A stretch of DNA of 64,000 bases from Callorhinchus milii (Eukaryota): assembly GCF_018977255.1 (NCBI RefSeq), contig NW_024704759.1:7316001-7380000 (forward strand), in the 5' to 3' direction. Made by a program: the position numbers and the translations under genes. Below, piece after piece: positions 32,977 through 46,889 of this stretch (within the stretch, counting starts at the first letter, position 1; the number at the start of each line of letters is the position of its first letter). The notes beneath the pieces were generated by a model, which was given only the letters and a program-made list of their open reading frames with translations, did no database searches and was not told where the DNA came from.

Positions 32977-35900
32977 AAGAATAAAAATAAAACTAGAAAC
33001 TAATGGGAAGGAAAACAAATTTAAGAACCCAGGAATGCCAGCAAAATTGAGATTTTTGTCATGGGTCAAAACGGGAAATGACTTGGCTTGCAACAAATTA
33101 ACTATGAGCAGTAATAGAAGTTGCTGAGATTTGACCATAGATGAGTCTTCTAATGACACGCTGATGTTATCAGCCAGCAATCTTTGTAACTGTTCAGGGG
33201 GAATGGACAGTCGAAGAGATTGTCGAAACAACTGTGCTGGGTAATTTTCCACACTGAGTCATCTGCTGTTGTGTCCACGTTTCAAAGGTTTCCTATTTCA
33301 TGCGACTGATAGAAATTCCTGCTTTGGTCGTGGGGAATGACTCCTTGAACGTTTTTTGCAAAAATACCAAGACCGGTTTATTCAACATAATGTCTTGTGG
33401 ATATGCAACTTGCTGTGGTCAACAAGTGTAGCTGTATTATAGATGGCTATGTTATAGCAATAAACACTTGTTTGCAGTCCAATTCTGTATAGTTTTAATG
33501 GTGGTCAGTGCATTCAGGCTGACAACTGAAACCATATCATGAGGGCAGCTGGCTCCTAGCTCACTAACTTATAGACATAATTAGAAATCAATTCAAGAAT
33601 CAGAACTGATTGTCTAGCCAACGCTACGAGTTGACCAGACAGTTCTGGCAGTGTGCGTTTGGGGCATTGAGAGTCTATATGGGCTGAGTAGCATCTTGGA
33701 TTGAGGATGCTATTTTCTTTATTTCACTATTGATTTATTTCAAAGAAACGGTACACTTTCTCTTCACATGTTGGGAAACAAATCTCTGAACCAAGATCAC
33801 TTCGCTCAACATAATATCTTGTGGATATGCACCTCTCTACAGCCAAAAATGTCAGCTGTCATCATAGCTGGCAACAGCTGGGATATGATCCCTGGATATT
33901 GTAAAGGTAGCATTATTTTTTGTTCTTTAGATTGCATCACTTTAATTCAATGTCATCCACGTTGGCATTAGGAGATTCTGTCAATGCTCCCCTTGTGGCT
34001 GGAGTAACATGTAAGATTGTCCAGGTTGGCTCTAAGTAACATAATAAGCATAATAAACCTTGCATTTGACATAGCACTTTATCACATCTTCGAGACGTCA
34101 CAAAGCGCTTCGCAGAAATTACTGTAAAGTGAATTGACTGTGTACTTTGTGGGAGAAATGAAGCCGCCAATTGAGCACAGCGGCATTGGTGTCCCACAAA
34201 CAGTGTTGGATTCAGTGACCAAATATTGTTTTTTAAGGGATAATTAGTCTTTGTACCTTATTATTCATTCCTTCGATAGTCAGTAAGGGTCAAGATTCTA
34301 TCCCATTCTGTGTTAAGGAGGGGTGAGGGGATATTTCAAATGGCCTCAGTTGTAATGAGGGGGAAACCAGGAGAAACTCCATCTCTTTTTGGCTTGTGCC
34401 ATGGGATCATTAACATTCAGGTGCTACATCACTTCCAGTGCTGGAGTAACATGTAAGATTGTCAGGTCACCACATTATTGACCATATTTTTTTCGAACAG
34501 TTTCAGAAATGAATCTTTGATGTCCCTACTGCACTGGATCCTTGTTTAGCCAGAGATTCCTATTGACAAAACATGGACAGTTTTCAGAATCATGGCAATA
34601 CTGAAATGGCCCAAAGAGATTGCAAAGGTAAATCTGAACATATGTATAAACTGTTCTCTACAGATACCGAACAATGTCACCTCGTGCTAAACGTCAAGGG
34701 TTAATCATGGTTAAATTATCGTTGTAAGTTGCTTATCTCGGGCACCTTGCAGTGCAAACAGCCAGGGTAAAGAATGGGGAGGAACTGGGGCACGGACAAT
34801 AATACTAATCCTTGCATTTGATATAACGCCTTATTATGTCGTTGAGGCGTCTCAAAGCTCTTCACAGAATATATTGTAAAGTAGATTGACTTGTGTTTTG
34901 TGGGCAAAACAATGTCGTGCATACACATGTGAAGCCTCTATTAGTTTACTCTTTCCACGGAAATGTATTTGCCTTAGCACAAGCCACAAGGTTCAATTTC
35001 ACCAACTTTTTCATACCGATTGCTTGTTATTTCATGCACTGCTACTTATGTGACAAATCAAACTAATTGAAAAACGTTCCATCAGGAATGGGAAATATCT
35101 ATTTATGTCCAAAGCATGGAGGGGGGTGATTACTGTGAGAGATTACATAGTCAGAGTGAGTCACTGTTACTCAAATCGATGAGCAAAATGTACTTTCTGC
35201 AAAATAAAGTCCACATTATGCAGCTTGGGCATTCAAGACAAACGGATCAGCAAAGGGGAATTCGTTGAAAGTGGTCTTGGAACTGAGTCATGGAAAGGCA
35301 TCTACAGCCAGACACCAACAGCTTGTACTTTGCAATCACCTTCAGGGTCAGTGATATGCTGGTGACAGGCAAACTAGGCTTCATAATAATGTAATAGTAA
35401 TCCTTGCATTTGATATAGAACCTTATCAGGTCATTGTGACGTCTCAAAGTGCTTCATAGAATATACTGTAAAGTGACTTGGGGGCAGTTAAATCATCACT
35501 AGAGTGATGGGATATCTTCTGGGAGAAAGAGGTAAAGAGTATTCCATGGATTCATTTTTCTTTTTGTTGGATAGAAATAGGTCAACTAAAGGGAAGCTAT
35601 TTTTGTAACTGCCACAAACCTAATAGGAGGGAATTGCTGCATTATGGTGTTGAACAATCAATATTCCCAATTCTTGATACTGCAGTATCATAGTGGATCA
35701 CTGCTATCAATTCAAATATGATTGAGAGTTGAGTCTGATTAAGTTACTCAGACATTAGTGCTAAAGTACTGATGGGGATTCCTTCCTTTCCATCCTCCTG
35801 ACATTAAAAGCGCTATATCAAATGCAACAGGTTATTATTAGGATTATTTCTTTCCTCTGTTTCTTTGCTGGTGCTCTCCTGGCTGCTGTCAAATCTCCCT

Positions 35901-37348
35901 CTCCCCCTTTCCCTCCATCCCCTTTCTGTTTCTCCCCATTTCCACCATCCACCTTACCCAAGTGATAATTGAAGTAAGCCCCAGACAATGAGTTGGCTTT
36001 TCAACGTGCAAACTAATCTTGAGCATAGAGAACAAAATCCCGGAAAAGAACAATACCAGTATTGTTAAACCACGCCACTGCTTTTTCCAGGTCACAATTT
36101 ATATGGAAAGGTTAATTTATTTTGAAAAAAAAGCAGCAGTATGTACCTAAATATTTTGAATTGGATTGCTAACTCACGCTTTTAATGTAATCCGTTCAGT
36201 GTCTCACGACCTGCAACTGGATGCAGACAAATGAGACATACCTCTCTATATTTTCTGTATATTTTCACCCACAAAATACAGTCAATCCACTATATTACAA
36301 TATAGTGAAGCGCTTTGAGACATCTCAATGACATGATAAGGTGCTATATAAAATGCTATTAGTATTATAGTTATTATATCAAAGAGATGGAGAGATCGTT
36401 AACCTATGATTGTTGAATATTTCCTTTATGTTTCTAAGTACCTACAGTTTCTATAGAATGGTATATGGAAAACGCAATTTTTATTATATTCCCAATGCTG
36501 AATAGTTGGCATCAAGAAAAGTGGAAAACTGAAGCATTACTTGAAATGAAAAAAGGCAAGGAAATCTCATTGTACATAGATTTTCTTTTATTGCAATGTT
36601 CAAGTGGATTAATAAATTGCCTGGTCCAAAACTGTCCTTTATATCACCGGGTTAAAGAGTTATAGATGTTACAGATGCTGTCTTAAACGGCATCTATTTC
36701 CAGGAATCAAATGAGATTCTAGTTGAATTGAATGTACGTCTATGCACAAATGGATTGGCTAGTTGAACTTTTTTGTAAGAGGGACCAACAGAGGAATAGC
36801 GTAGATGAAGCTCAGAGCGATAAGGAGGATTTGGAATATGAAGGGAATTGTAAGTGAAGAATGGCCACTGATATGAAAGTATAATACCTGATTGAAGATT
36901 AGGCTAATTTTGTAGTTCTGTTATGGTTGGCACTGCTTAATTCTGTAGATTATATTTCAATATAATCCCTCAATTACAAGGTGTAGAGCATGCATATTGA
37001 AGCGTGCATGCTACATTATAGTAAAGGTTGTGGCTTCTAAACATTTTGTCGAACTGTACAGACGAAGAGCAAGAGAGCCAGGCATCTGGTGGGTGGCGTC
37101 TGTAAAGCCTGATAGACTCAGAAAGCAGGCACGAGGCTGGGTGATCACACACTATGAAATGATGCGTGAAGCACAACACTATTACGCAAGGAGTGCTACA
37201 CAGTTTTTTTACGATAACCCCACTGTGATTATAGGTTTGATTCTGTTTTTTGTTGAAAAGTGCCGTAAAATAGTATCACTTATTCCAAGCCAGTGTCAGA
37301 CATTTGATGTAGCCATACTATGCTGACTGATCAGCTCCTTGAAAATAT

Positions 37349-37446
37349 ATTCAGTTTGGCGTTTCAGCACAGTCAGTCTAATTTAGTGGTACCTGTAGTC
37401 AGATACCACTAAATCAGACTGACTGTGCTAAAACACCGAACTGAAT
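37349..37446. repeat. Near-perfect 98-bp palindrome
   Basis: 47-bp arms, 42 of 47 positions complementary, 4-nt loop TAGT. Confidence 0.95.
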
Positions 37447-37599
37447 GCTGAACCTGCCTCGTTGCCGAACTGAACCTGCCGGTGTCTTGAAGGTTCAGAT
37501 CAGACCCCAGTCACCATTCCTGTCCTTCGGATGAGATGTTAAACTGAGGTCCCATTAGATAATAATAATTAATAATAATAATAATTCTTGCATTTGATA

Positions 37600-38270
37600 A
37601 CATAAAATTATAAATAAAATGGAGGGCAATTCAGCCCATCGTGTCCGTGCCGGCTCTTTGAAAAGAGCTATCCAATTCAGTCTCACTCCCCCGCTCTCTC
37701 CCCATAATTCTGCAAACTTGTCCTCCCCAAATAATTATCTCCTTCTCTCTTAAAAGCTGTTACCGAATCGCCTTCCACCACCCTTTCAGGCAATGCATTC
37801 CAGATCTGAACGACGCACTGTGTTTATNAAAAAAAATCTCCTTCATTTCTTTAACCACTATTTTAAATCGGTGCCCTGGGGTTACCGACCCATCAGCAAG
37901 TGGAAATAGTTTCTCCGTGTTCACCCAATCGAGTCCCCTCATCATTTTGAGAACTTCTATTAAATCTTCTCTTAACCTTCTCTGCTCCAAGGAGAATCCG
38001 AACTTCTTTAGCCTCTCCTGATAACTGAAGTCTCTTATTCCTGGTACCATCCTGGTAAATCTCCTTTGCACCCTCTCCAATGCTTTGACATCCTTCCCAA
38101 AGTGTGGTGCTCAGAACTGAATGCAGTACTCTAGCTGAAGCCTTACCGGTGTTTTATGAAGGTTCATCATAACTTCCTGACTTTTGTATTCTATGCCCCT
38201 ATTTATAAAGCCTAGTATCCCGTATGCTTGTTTAACAGTTTTATCTACCTGTCCTGCCACCTTCAAAGAT
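37600..38270 (-). mobile_element. CR1 LINE 3' fragment
   Basis: ERVQRRFTRMVPGIRDFSYQERL...FSLEQRRLREDLIEVLKMMRG...GHRFKI; one ambiguous base (N) at 37828. Confidence 0.9.
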
Positions 38271-38439
38271 GTTGTGTTTTGCCTTCGTCCACAAAATACA
38301 CAGTCACTTCACTTTACAGTACATCTTGTTAAGTGCTTTGAGACATCTCAAAAACATGAGGCACTATATCAAATGCAAGATTATTATTTTTCACAGATCC
38401 TTATGATCAGTTAATACTGTTTTATAATTATCAATAATA

Positions 38440-38845
38440 ATCATAATTGATGCATTTGATACCATGCTTTTCACATTGGGAGGATGTCTCAAAGTGCTTT
38501 ACTGGAGACTGGAGTGACTATTTTGTAGGAGAAAGTGGCAAACAATTTGTGCACAGCAAAAAAAAACACAACAGACATGAAATGAACAACCAATTTTATA
38601 TGGAGGATTGTTGGGCAGGACACCGGGAGAAACTCCCTTCTCTTTACGCACAATGAGATAGGATCTTTAACGTCTACCTGGACAGGCAGATGGAACCTTA
38701 GTTTAATGTCTCTACTGAAGGACGGCAAATCTCAACAATGCAGCGCTCTCTTAGTATTGTATTGGAATGTCAGCCTAGACAATGAGTTCAAAAAGTCTTG
38801 GTGTTAGGGCTTGAACCTGCAACCTTCTGATTCAGAGGCGAAAAT
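38440..38845 (-). mobile_element. Near full-length SacSINE1-like DeuSINE
   Basis: caggacaccgggagaaactccc...gatctttaacgtc...gtcagcctaga...gggcttgaacctgcaaccttctgattcagaggcg. Confidence 0.8.
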
Positions 38846-40067
38846 ATGGCAGTGAGATGGCTGGTGAATCAGACTCAATCCCCGTGATCATCTTGCTGCT
38901 GGTTACTGATTCCCCATTAATCTTTCAGAGTCAGTATTGGTGAATGTTTTAATAAACTGCGATTTAATTGATCCCAGTGTTAAGGTAATGCTTCCCTTGA
39001 ATGAACTGCAAGTATCTGCCCGATGCGTCAATACACAAAAAGGTCTGTCTGTTTCTTTCCTTAAAAACTGGACTGAATGCAAAGCTGTCCTACAGGAGAC
39101 AGATAGAAAGGGTGAAGGAATGTGAAAAAACAGCACCTGCTTTCAGGTGTTGAAAATTGCTTAGCTCAAAGTGGCGTTTATAATAATTGCAGGAGCGGTT
39201 TTGAGACGTTTCTGTTAGAGGAATCTATTGCCGTGACTTTTATAACAACATTTCTGTTGAGATCATACTTGTTGAAGCTGGCAGACTCGATCTGTTTTGC
39301 CTGTTATTTTGAGCCGTATGTTCATTTGGACTGCATTGGAAAGCGATTTGCTGTTGGATTCTTGAAGCAAAGTCCTTGGCAGGGCAAGCTGATCCAACAG
39401 TACAATAGTCCTTCTGGGATGCCAGGGAGACACGGGGCAGAAGAATGATTTCTTCGACGAATGAGTTTGATAATCCATTTGCACGCAATAATGAATACTG
39501 AACAGGGAATTGTCGGCATTTGATCAGTGTGCTGCTTAAATTAGCATCTCATCAAAAGTACCGTCCTCTGCATTGAAAGAGTAATTTTTTTTCTTATCTC
39601 CTGACACGAGTATTTGTCAAATGTCTACAGGAAGTACATTGAACCAAATGCACTTGCTAGGATAAATTGCAATTAATATAATGAATGTTTGAGGTTAACA
39701 GATGTGGTTATCTAAGACAAATGATGGCAATTATTTCAAGATGCGCTAGATTTGTTTTTGCACATTAAGCACAACAGCAACAGGATGTATCCAGAGGCAA
39801 AAGTAACTTGGACACAGATGTCTGACAATTTTGACATAAGCAGTTGTCCATAGCCCAGATACATACAGATAATCTGTATCTTGATATCAGCAGGCAAAGG
39901 CAGGGATTTTTCATGCCTAATGAGAATAAACTGGAGAACATCATTGGTTGTAGGAGTTCAGCATTGCAGTTGCTCTGCTTCCACTGTATAAAGTGCTGAC
40001 ATGCTGAGTGCAAATTGGTTTGCTATTTATTTAAACAGGCAATGATTTAAAAAGAAAGTCGTGCACT

Positions 40068-40295
40068 CCACGACTGTGGGACATTGCCGTGTGTAAAGTT
40101 GGCTGCCGCGTTCACTTACAAATACAGTCGCAGAAATAGTAAATAATTATTGCATTTGATATAGCGCCATATCACGACATTGAGGCGCCACAAAGCGCTT
40201 CACAGAATGTATTGCAAAGTGGAGTGACTGTATTTTGTGGGCAAAATGCAATAGCCAATTGATAAGGTGCTCTATCAAATGCAAAGATTATTTAC
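40068..40295. mobile_element. Nested SINEs in opposite orientation
   Basis: A + strand SINE body and tail are interrupted by a - strand SINE 3' half at about 40135-40260. Confidence 0.7.
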
Positions 40296-41249
40296 CAAGC
40301 GAAAGTCAGACTTCACTGAATGCAACCAGCCAACAAAGATCAAATGATGTTACTTCATTACCTTAAAATCAGATACATTCATCGCTTTAAAACCGGATAG
40401 ATTCAGAGTTAAACTGATTATTCTTGGAGCTCATTATTTTAATGCATAAAAATGAATAAAAATAATTTGGATGCAGGCTATTTCTGAACTAATCCCATTC
40501 AAACTGATATGAATCATGTACTTGTTTAGGCTGTTGTAAACTCGGAAAAGATTCCTGTTTTGATCAGCTTAATGTCTGACAATCAGACAAACCCATCATC
40601 GTGCTTAAGAGAGAGTAAATCTGAGGTTAAAGTACTCCAAATCTGACTATGTCCAAACCTCAACATTTTAATGTCAAGTGAGCAGACAAGATTTGTAAAC
40701 AGTTTTTTCAGCTGTGATGTTAACAGCTTTGCTCCCTTTCATCGAATGCGTGGGCAGGTTACCCCGACTCCAGGAACTCAGTGCTCAAACAAACACTGAC
40801 CCAAATACCCCTCTCGCCACTCGGTGTCCATCGCTGTTTGTGTAAAGTGCTCTGACACATTACTTTGGGTGAAGTGCATGATATAAAACCAAATAATTGT
40901 TGACTGTCAGCTGTGCTTACAGTCAACTCCTCCCTCGCCACCGCTTGGTGTCAGACTCCGCCACTGTTAAGCGCTCTGAGAGGCTGCCCTGCGTGAAGGG
41001 CGGTATATAAATGTAAGTTGTTGTTGTGGCTGGTTTTTTTCCCTCTTTTTCCGCATCAAAATACTAATTCCGAGTTTGATAGTGGTGAATGATTCTTATT
41101 TCTCTTCCCAGAACATCTGATTTAACTACGATTTACTTGTAATGCCTAATACCACAACTACAGAAAAACAACATTTCATCTATTACTTTTAGTGTAGGAA
41201 TATATACAGTAGTAACTTTAATAATAATGCTTTCAAAAACTATTGGGAA

Positions 41250-41475
41250 CCAATGGTTATTTCATTAGTGTGGGAAGGAAGGTTTTCTTCACTCGGATGG
41301 TAATTAACGACTAGAATAGGTTGCCAGAAACGGTGGTTAAGTCTAGGACACTGGGACTCACTTATAAAGCCGCTTGCTGCTGTGATAGGGGGATGGTAGG
41401 ATGGGTGTTCTGGAGGGATAAGATCAGATGCGGTCAGATGCGACGAAGGCCCTTCTTCATCCGATCCGATCTTGT
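41250..41475 (+). mobile_element. CR1 3' end
   Basis: LPETVVKSRTL..., followed by the cgaaggcccttcttcatccgatccgatcttgtga 3' UTR. Confidence 0.65.
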
Positions 41476-42652
41476 GAATACATTCCTTCACCGTTTCACT
41501 TTTCTGTTTGGTTATGTTAGAGCATTCATTGACTACAAGACCGCCTTCCCTCCATTATTGTCTGAAAATGTGTTTTGTTTGTTTCTCTCTTGGTAGTTTT
41601 AATGAAACTGCTTCTCAACTTTTACCACATCCTTTGTTTAATTTTCCTTCTGTTAGTTTGATAAATGCTGCATTGCTGCCCCTGACTTTCTTTTTCCTGT
41701 GGGTTATTTTCTAGTCTGTCGAGTTTGCTCTCTTGCGTGTTGTGCCAGTTTCTGCCTCTTGATTTTGGTCAGTCTGTATCAACAACTGATCGTCAGCTAC
41801 ATTTCTCTACAATCAATCAGACCTGTCAAGTTTGATAGCTAAGTTTCTGTGAGTTTTCTCAACCGATCCTAATCTCACCTGCACCAAAATCACAGTTTAT
41901 ATGTATTTTTTGGATTTGCCATAATTAAAAAACGTGAAATTCTGACACAAAGCTGCAGAGCCAGGCAGAAAAAAAATACCGTATAAATTTAGTATCCGAA
42001 CAAACAATTGATGGTTCTTGATAGTTTTGAAGTGGATTCAAAATACTGAATGTTGATGGATCACAGCACAATCCTACCGTGTTCAGTCTTGCACCAGTGC
42101 TTGTAATTGCACCTGTCTTACACAGTGTAGATTCCAAAGTGGTGGAGACGTGCCTTGACTATCCACCATGGAGGAGGTGGTTTATTGAATTTGAGTTTTG
42201 GCTGAATTTCTCTACCACAAAACGCAACCTTCAAAGTGCGCATGAAGCCAATTTAAGATGAGCTGTATGAATGCTGTTAACGTACGTGTGGCATAATGAA
42301 TGGTGAGGTTGGAAACTAGTCAGGGGTATAAGTCTGTGAGCTCTTGGCCGTTCTCTCACCTCAATGTGATGCCTTTCAAGTGACACTGTTTAATCAGAGC
42401 CATGTGCAATCCTTTCAAAGGTGCCAAATTCTGCGCTCAGCCTAATGTAGCCTGAATCATGCTCCCAGATGTGGAGCTACTAAGAAATATCTGCATTTGC
42501 TAGAAATTCATATCTGTTCTCTAAGCGTCTGAAAGAGGAAGAGGCATTAAAGATTAGGGCACAACTCCTCATCAGAACTGAACCCCATATACATTCCGCC
42601 CTCTGACCCTATAATGGGGCTCATCCTTCCTATCGTTTCAGGTATAATATAT

Positions 42653-43023
42653 TAATAATAATCCTTGCATTTGATATAGCGCCTTATCACATCGCTGAGA
42701 CATCTCAAAGCGTTTCACAGAATATATTGTAAAGTGAAGTGACTGTGTATTTTGGGGGTGAAACATGGCTGCCAATAGCACACAGCAGTGTCCTACAAAC
42801 AATCGTGGATTGAGTGACGTATTATGTTTTGGAGGGATTATCACCCCGCCCCCCCCGGAAAGCGATCCGCCAATTGATTAACAACGGAGTTCCTACTTAG
42901 TGCGAGGTAAAAAGAGGAGTGTGGTACAAGGCAACGTGCCTAAGGTTCCGCCCTGCCCAGAAATCGCACCCCAGTCCTCTCGCTTGCGAGGACAGCATGC
43001 TAACCACCACGCTGTGGGATTCC
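42653..43023 (-). mobile_element. Full-length tRNA-Deu-L2 SINE, older subfamily
   Basis: Tail to head in reverse, collinear with 8663-9012. Confidence 0.85.
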
Positions 43024-44624
43024 ACATTCTTGGAAACATGTTCCAGTTGTTAAATTAAAAGCTTCCTGATGGCTTTCCTGAAATTGCCCTATCCAAATAA
43101 CCTGTGTCCTCTTTTTCTGTTGATATAGTGCAATCCTGCAGTACTGTTCTGAGTTTACTTTTCCAGTGCTTTTAAAAATGCTGTGCACCTCTTACAAGAT
43201 GCCCGCTGAGATGTCATTATTCAAGACTGAAGAGCCCTAGTTGAAAATCTGCAAGCTGGAAACCCATAGCTTGCAGAAATGACATTTTAGGAATATTGTT
43301 GAGAAGGGTTTTTAAAAGTCCACGGTCTGGCTGACGCTACAATACATTGTTCGGCCACGTTACCGTCCATCAGATGAGATGTTAAGCTACCGGCATCCTA
43401 GCCACGAGGTGTGATAAAACACGAGCTACACATTTCACCCCATCGCACGTCGGAACGATCCTAACAGTGCTTGTAATCTCCACTTCCGCAGTGTGATGGA
43501 CAGCCGCTATGAATAATCATAGTAGCTCCGCTACCCTACAGCAATTCTTCTGATATTATCTGCCCCGAACAGTTCACTACGTTCTCACTCTTAGGATTAT
43601 GAAATAGATATCGAGTGTCATCTATAAAATGCCACTCAATTATGGACTGTTGCCATTTCATCTCACTTTTTGAATTGAAAAGCCCTGGACAATGGATTTA
43701 GAGTGAAACAATAAATTATTAAAGCAACAAGATAAAGATTTTGATTCGAAACCTGAGGCACGGGAAGCCTGAGATCAGCTTGATGTGATAGCTATTATCT
43801 TTTCAATGCATCAGTAAATATGGTGCAGGTTAGGTCAAACAGGCTTTGACGTTCATTGCTCCTCTGAGAGTACAGAACGAGCTTTCAGTGGGTTAATCTG
43901 AGATTTCTAAACTACCATGTGGGAGTGTGCTGGGGGCTTGTAATGAAGGAGTGTTGCACCTAATCGCTTGACAACTCTGGTTAATTTTTTTTAACAGTAA
44001 ATCATCAGTTGTGAATCGCACAGACACATCCAGGGATGATGGTGCAGAAAGCAAGAAGTAATGCTAGCATTCCCTCTCTGTATCATTTATTATATTATAC
44101 GGTGTTACTTATAATAATCCTTGTATTTTGATATTGTGCTTTATCAAGTCTTCGAGACGGCTCAAAGCGCTTCACAGAACATACTTTAAAGTGTATTATG
44201 TGGGCAAATTCGTGGCAGCCAATTACACACAGCAGAATAATACATGTACAGTGCAATTTACGTGTATACAAGACCTTTCACGTCGGGAGATATCTCATAG
44301 TGCCAATACATAGCTGGCTGGGCACGTGAGCTGGGAGTGGAGCTGAAGAAAGTAGGGGGGAAAGAAAACCAAAACTTAGGTCTTGAGGTGTGCTTTGAAA
44401 GTGTGTGCGTGGGGAGCAGGCAGCCAGAAAGCCGGAGAGTCTCTGAGATGGAGGCAGCATGACTGGACGCATCCCCTCTGATGGTGGGACGGATTGGACG
44501 GAGGAACACCTGTGTGCCCAATTGCTATTTTGGGCTTCTATACATTGGACATTGTCTAAGTTTATTTTCACGTTCAATGCATAGGTCAGGAAGTGTTAAA
44601 TGGTGTTATCTTGACTCAGTTGGT

Positions 44625-45125
44625 AGCAACAATAACAACTTGCACTTTTATAGCCCCCTCTAGGCAGGGTAGCGTCTCAGAGCGCTTAACAGTGGCGGAG
44701 CCTACCTCCGAGCCGGTTGGGTGGGGGAGGGGTGTGGCCATAAGCACGGTTGAAGAGGAAGGTTTTCAGATGGGACTTGAAAAAGGGGAGAGCAGGGGGC
44801 AAGGCGGAGGGATTGAGGGAGAAAGGAATAGCACTGTTGCTTCTGAGTCAGAAGTTTTGGGTTCAAGCCCCACAGTAGGACATCAAACTCAGTCTAAGCT
44901 AATGCTCCAATACAGTGTTGGGCTAAGTTGCATGTCAGAGGTCCTATCCTTCAGATGAGAAACTCTCAGTGTTCTGGCCAATAATTCCCCAGATAAAATG
45001 AATCATTCACTTCACGTGCGTGCAGATTGGCTGCTGCATTCGTCTATAAATGCACAGTCATTACACTTCCAGTAAACTCTTGTGAAGCTCTTTGAGACGT
45101 CTCGACGATGTGATGCAAGGACTAT
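44625..45125. mobile_element. L2 3' end (-) adjacent to a SacSINE1-like DeuSINE (+)
   Basis: caacaataacaacttgcac...gagcgcttaacagtggcggag, then ttctgagtcagaagttttgggttcaagccccac. Confidence 0.7.
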
Positions 45126-45711
45126 TGCATTATTCTGGGATTTGGCTGTAGTTTCATTTTAGGATCTGCAAAATGAGCTGAACTGGCTCCAAGGGAATGA
45201 GCTTGGTATGGAACATCGGAATCAAGCCCACCCTCAGTGGCAGTCTCGGTAATCTGGTTCCTGAGCCAGGTGGGTCTGCAGTACTCTAGCACACTGCTGA
45301 TAACCATTTGTGTCTAACAAACCCAGTGTGTCTCCTGTGGAAGAGGAACACCATTGGTAAAACCTCCAAGATAATGTTCTGAAAGTAGTTTTTTTTCTCT
45401 CTGGCCTTTGAAAGTTAAGTTAAACTCCAGGAATATGAATGCAGCATTACAAACTAGTGCTAATCAGCTCTGACTAAATTTATTCTGCAAATACCACCTC
45501 CACAGTCCCAGCTCCACCGGGGTTTTGTGTAACATGGCACGTTTGATCAACTATCTTAGCCTCATCATGATCGTGATCAATCATTGCATTAAAAAGAGAT
45601 TTCTCCAGCTCATTTTATCCCCTATTACGACTTGATCTTTGCTCTGACAAGTCAGCTTCCCTCTGACTCACTCACTCCCTCTCCACTTTTCAAGCCAGCC
45701 TCTTGACATAG

Positions 45712-45969
45712 TAATAAATAGTAATAATCCTTGCATTTGATATAGCACATCTTTGAGACGCCTCAAAGCGCTCCACTGAACATACCGCAAAATTATTTTA
45801 AATTTTGCTTTAAGGGTTATTACCCCCAGAAAGCGATCTGCCAATCGATTAACAACTGGGTTCCTACCTACTGGAGTAAGGAAACTTGTCCAATGTTTCG
45901 CACTGCCCAGGAATCAAACCCATGTCCTCTTTACGAGGTCAGCGCTCTTAACCAATACACTACAGGACA
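45712..45969 (-). mobile_element. Internally deleted tRNA-Deu-L2 SINE
   Basis: Tail, ttaacaactgggttcctac segment and head present. Confidence 0.75.
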
Positions 45970-46889
45970 TAGTTGTTTGACCGCATGGTTGGTCACCTTT
46001 TCCCTCCTCCCCCACGCTCATCAGCTCCACTCTCTTTAAGACGTCCTCTTGACCCGAAAAGGTTTTGTATCAATGTAAGATATTGTAAAGTCTCCGAGCC
46101 TGTGAATTGCATTATAGTTCTGTAACCCGCTCTCCACTATCCTTCAGAGATCTTTCTCACTGTCCTGGAATATAAGTTCCCCGATAACAAAGTTACCATC
46201 CATGTCTAAGGACTTACCATAACTGTGTCTGTGGAAAGAAACAGGATTGTGGAAATAAATATCAATAAACTATCTAATAGAACGAGACCTAAAGTGAAGG
46301 TAAATTCATTAAATGCTACAATGCCTCTAATAATTCCCTCAGCACACAGGACAATAATTTCAATCATCCTCCAGGAACTGAAACCAAATTGGATTAACGC
46401 CAAAATAGGGAGGACTGTGGGAGATCTCTTACCTCATCCGCCCTGTTTCACACAGATAATTTCCCAGTTTATGATATCAATTTGGAGTTAATGTTTCTTC
46501 TCATCAAAGCGGAGAATATAATAAAGGGGAGTTAAGATTGTATTAGTTGCAGCAATAAATAAATTCTATCAGCGGTTTGTGTCATTGATGCCGCCGTATT
46601 TTGGTTGAACCAGCCTGCAAATGTACGTAAGTGTGTTTGTATTTATTTCTATACATTAGGGCATCTGCAATACAAGCCTATCGTTGCAGCTCCAACCAGT
46701 CTGCTTACAGTCCTACTATTGCCCCATCCTCTAGTTTTTGTATACTGTATAGTGTAGAATACAGTTCATCAGTTGGCACCTTTATACTTTACATTAAATG
46801 TGATGAGGTTTGATGGACTCTTAGATTTTTATATGCTTTGAAAACCATTTGGAATTCAGACAAATATATGGAAATCCACGCATAACATT

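Noticed and set aside
32605-33252. Longest ORF in the track (215 aa, minus strand)
   Set aside because: It runs through the inverted SINE and low-complexity tails, with no recognisable domain or exon structure.
36997-37326. 109-aa ORF next to the hairpin
   Set aside because: Non-ATG start, no recognisable homology and no convincing splice sites.
46338-46358. Second RE1-like site CTCAGCACACAGGACAATAAT
   Set aside because: Two core mismatches, no 3' GC tail and no positional support; expected by chance in 64 kb.
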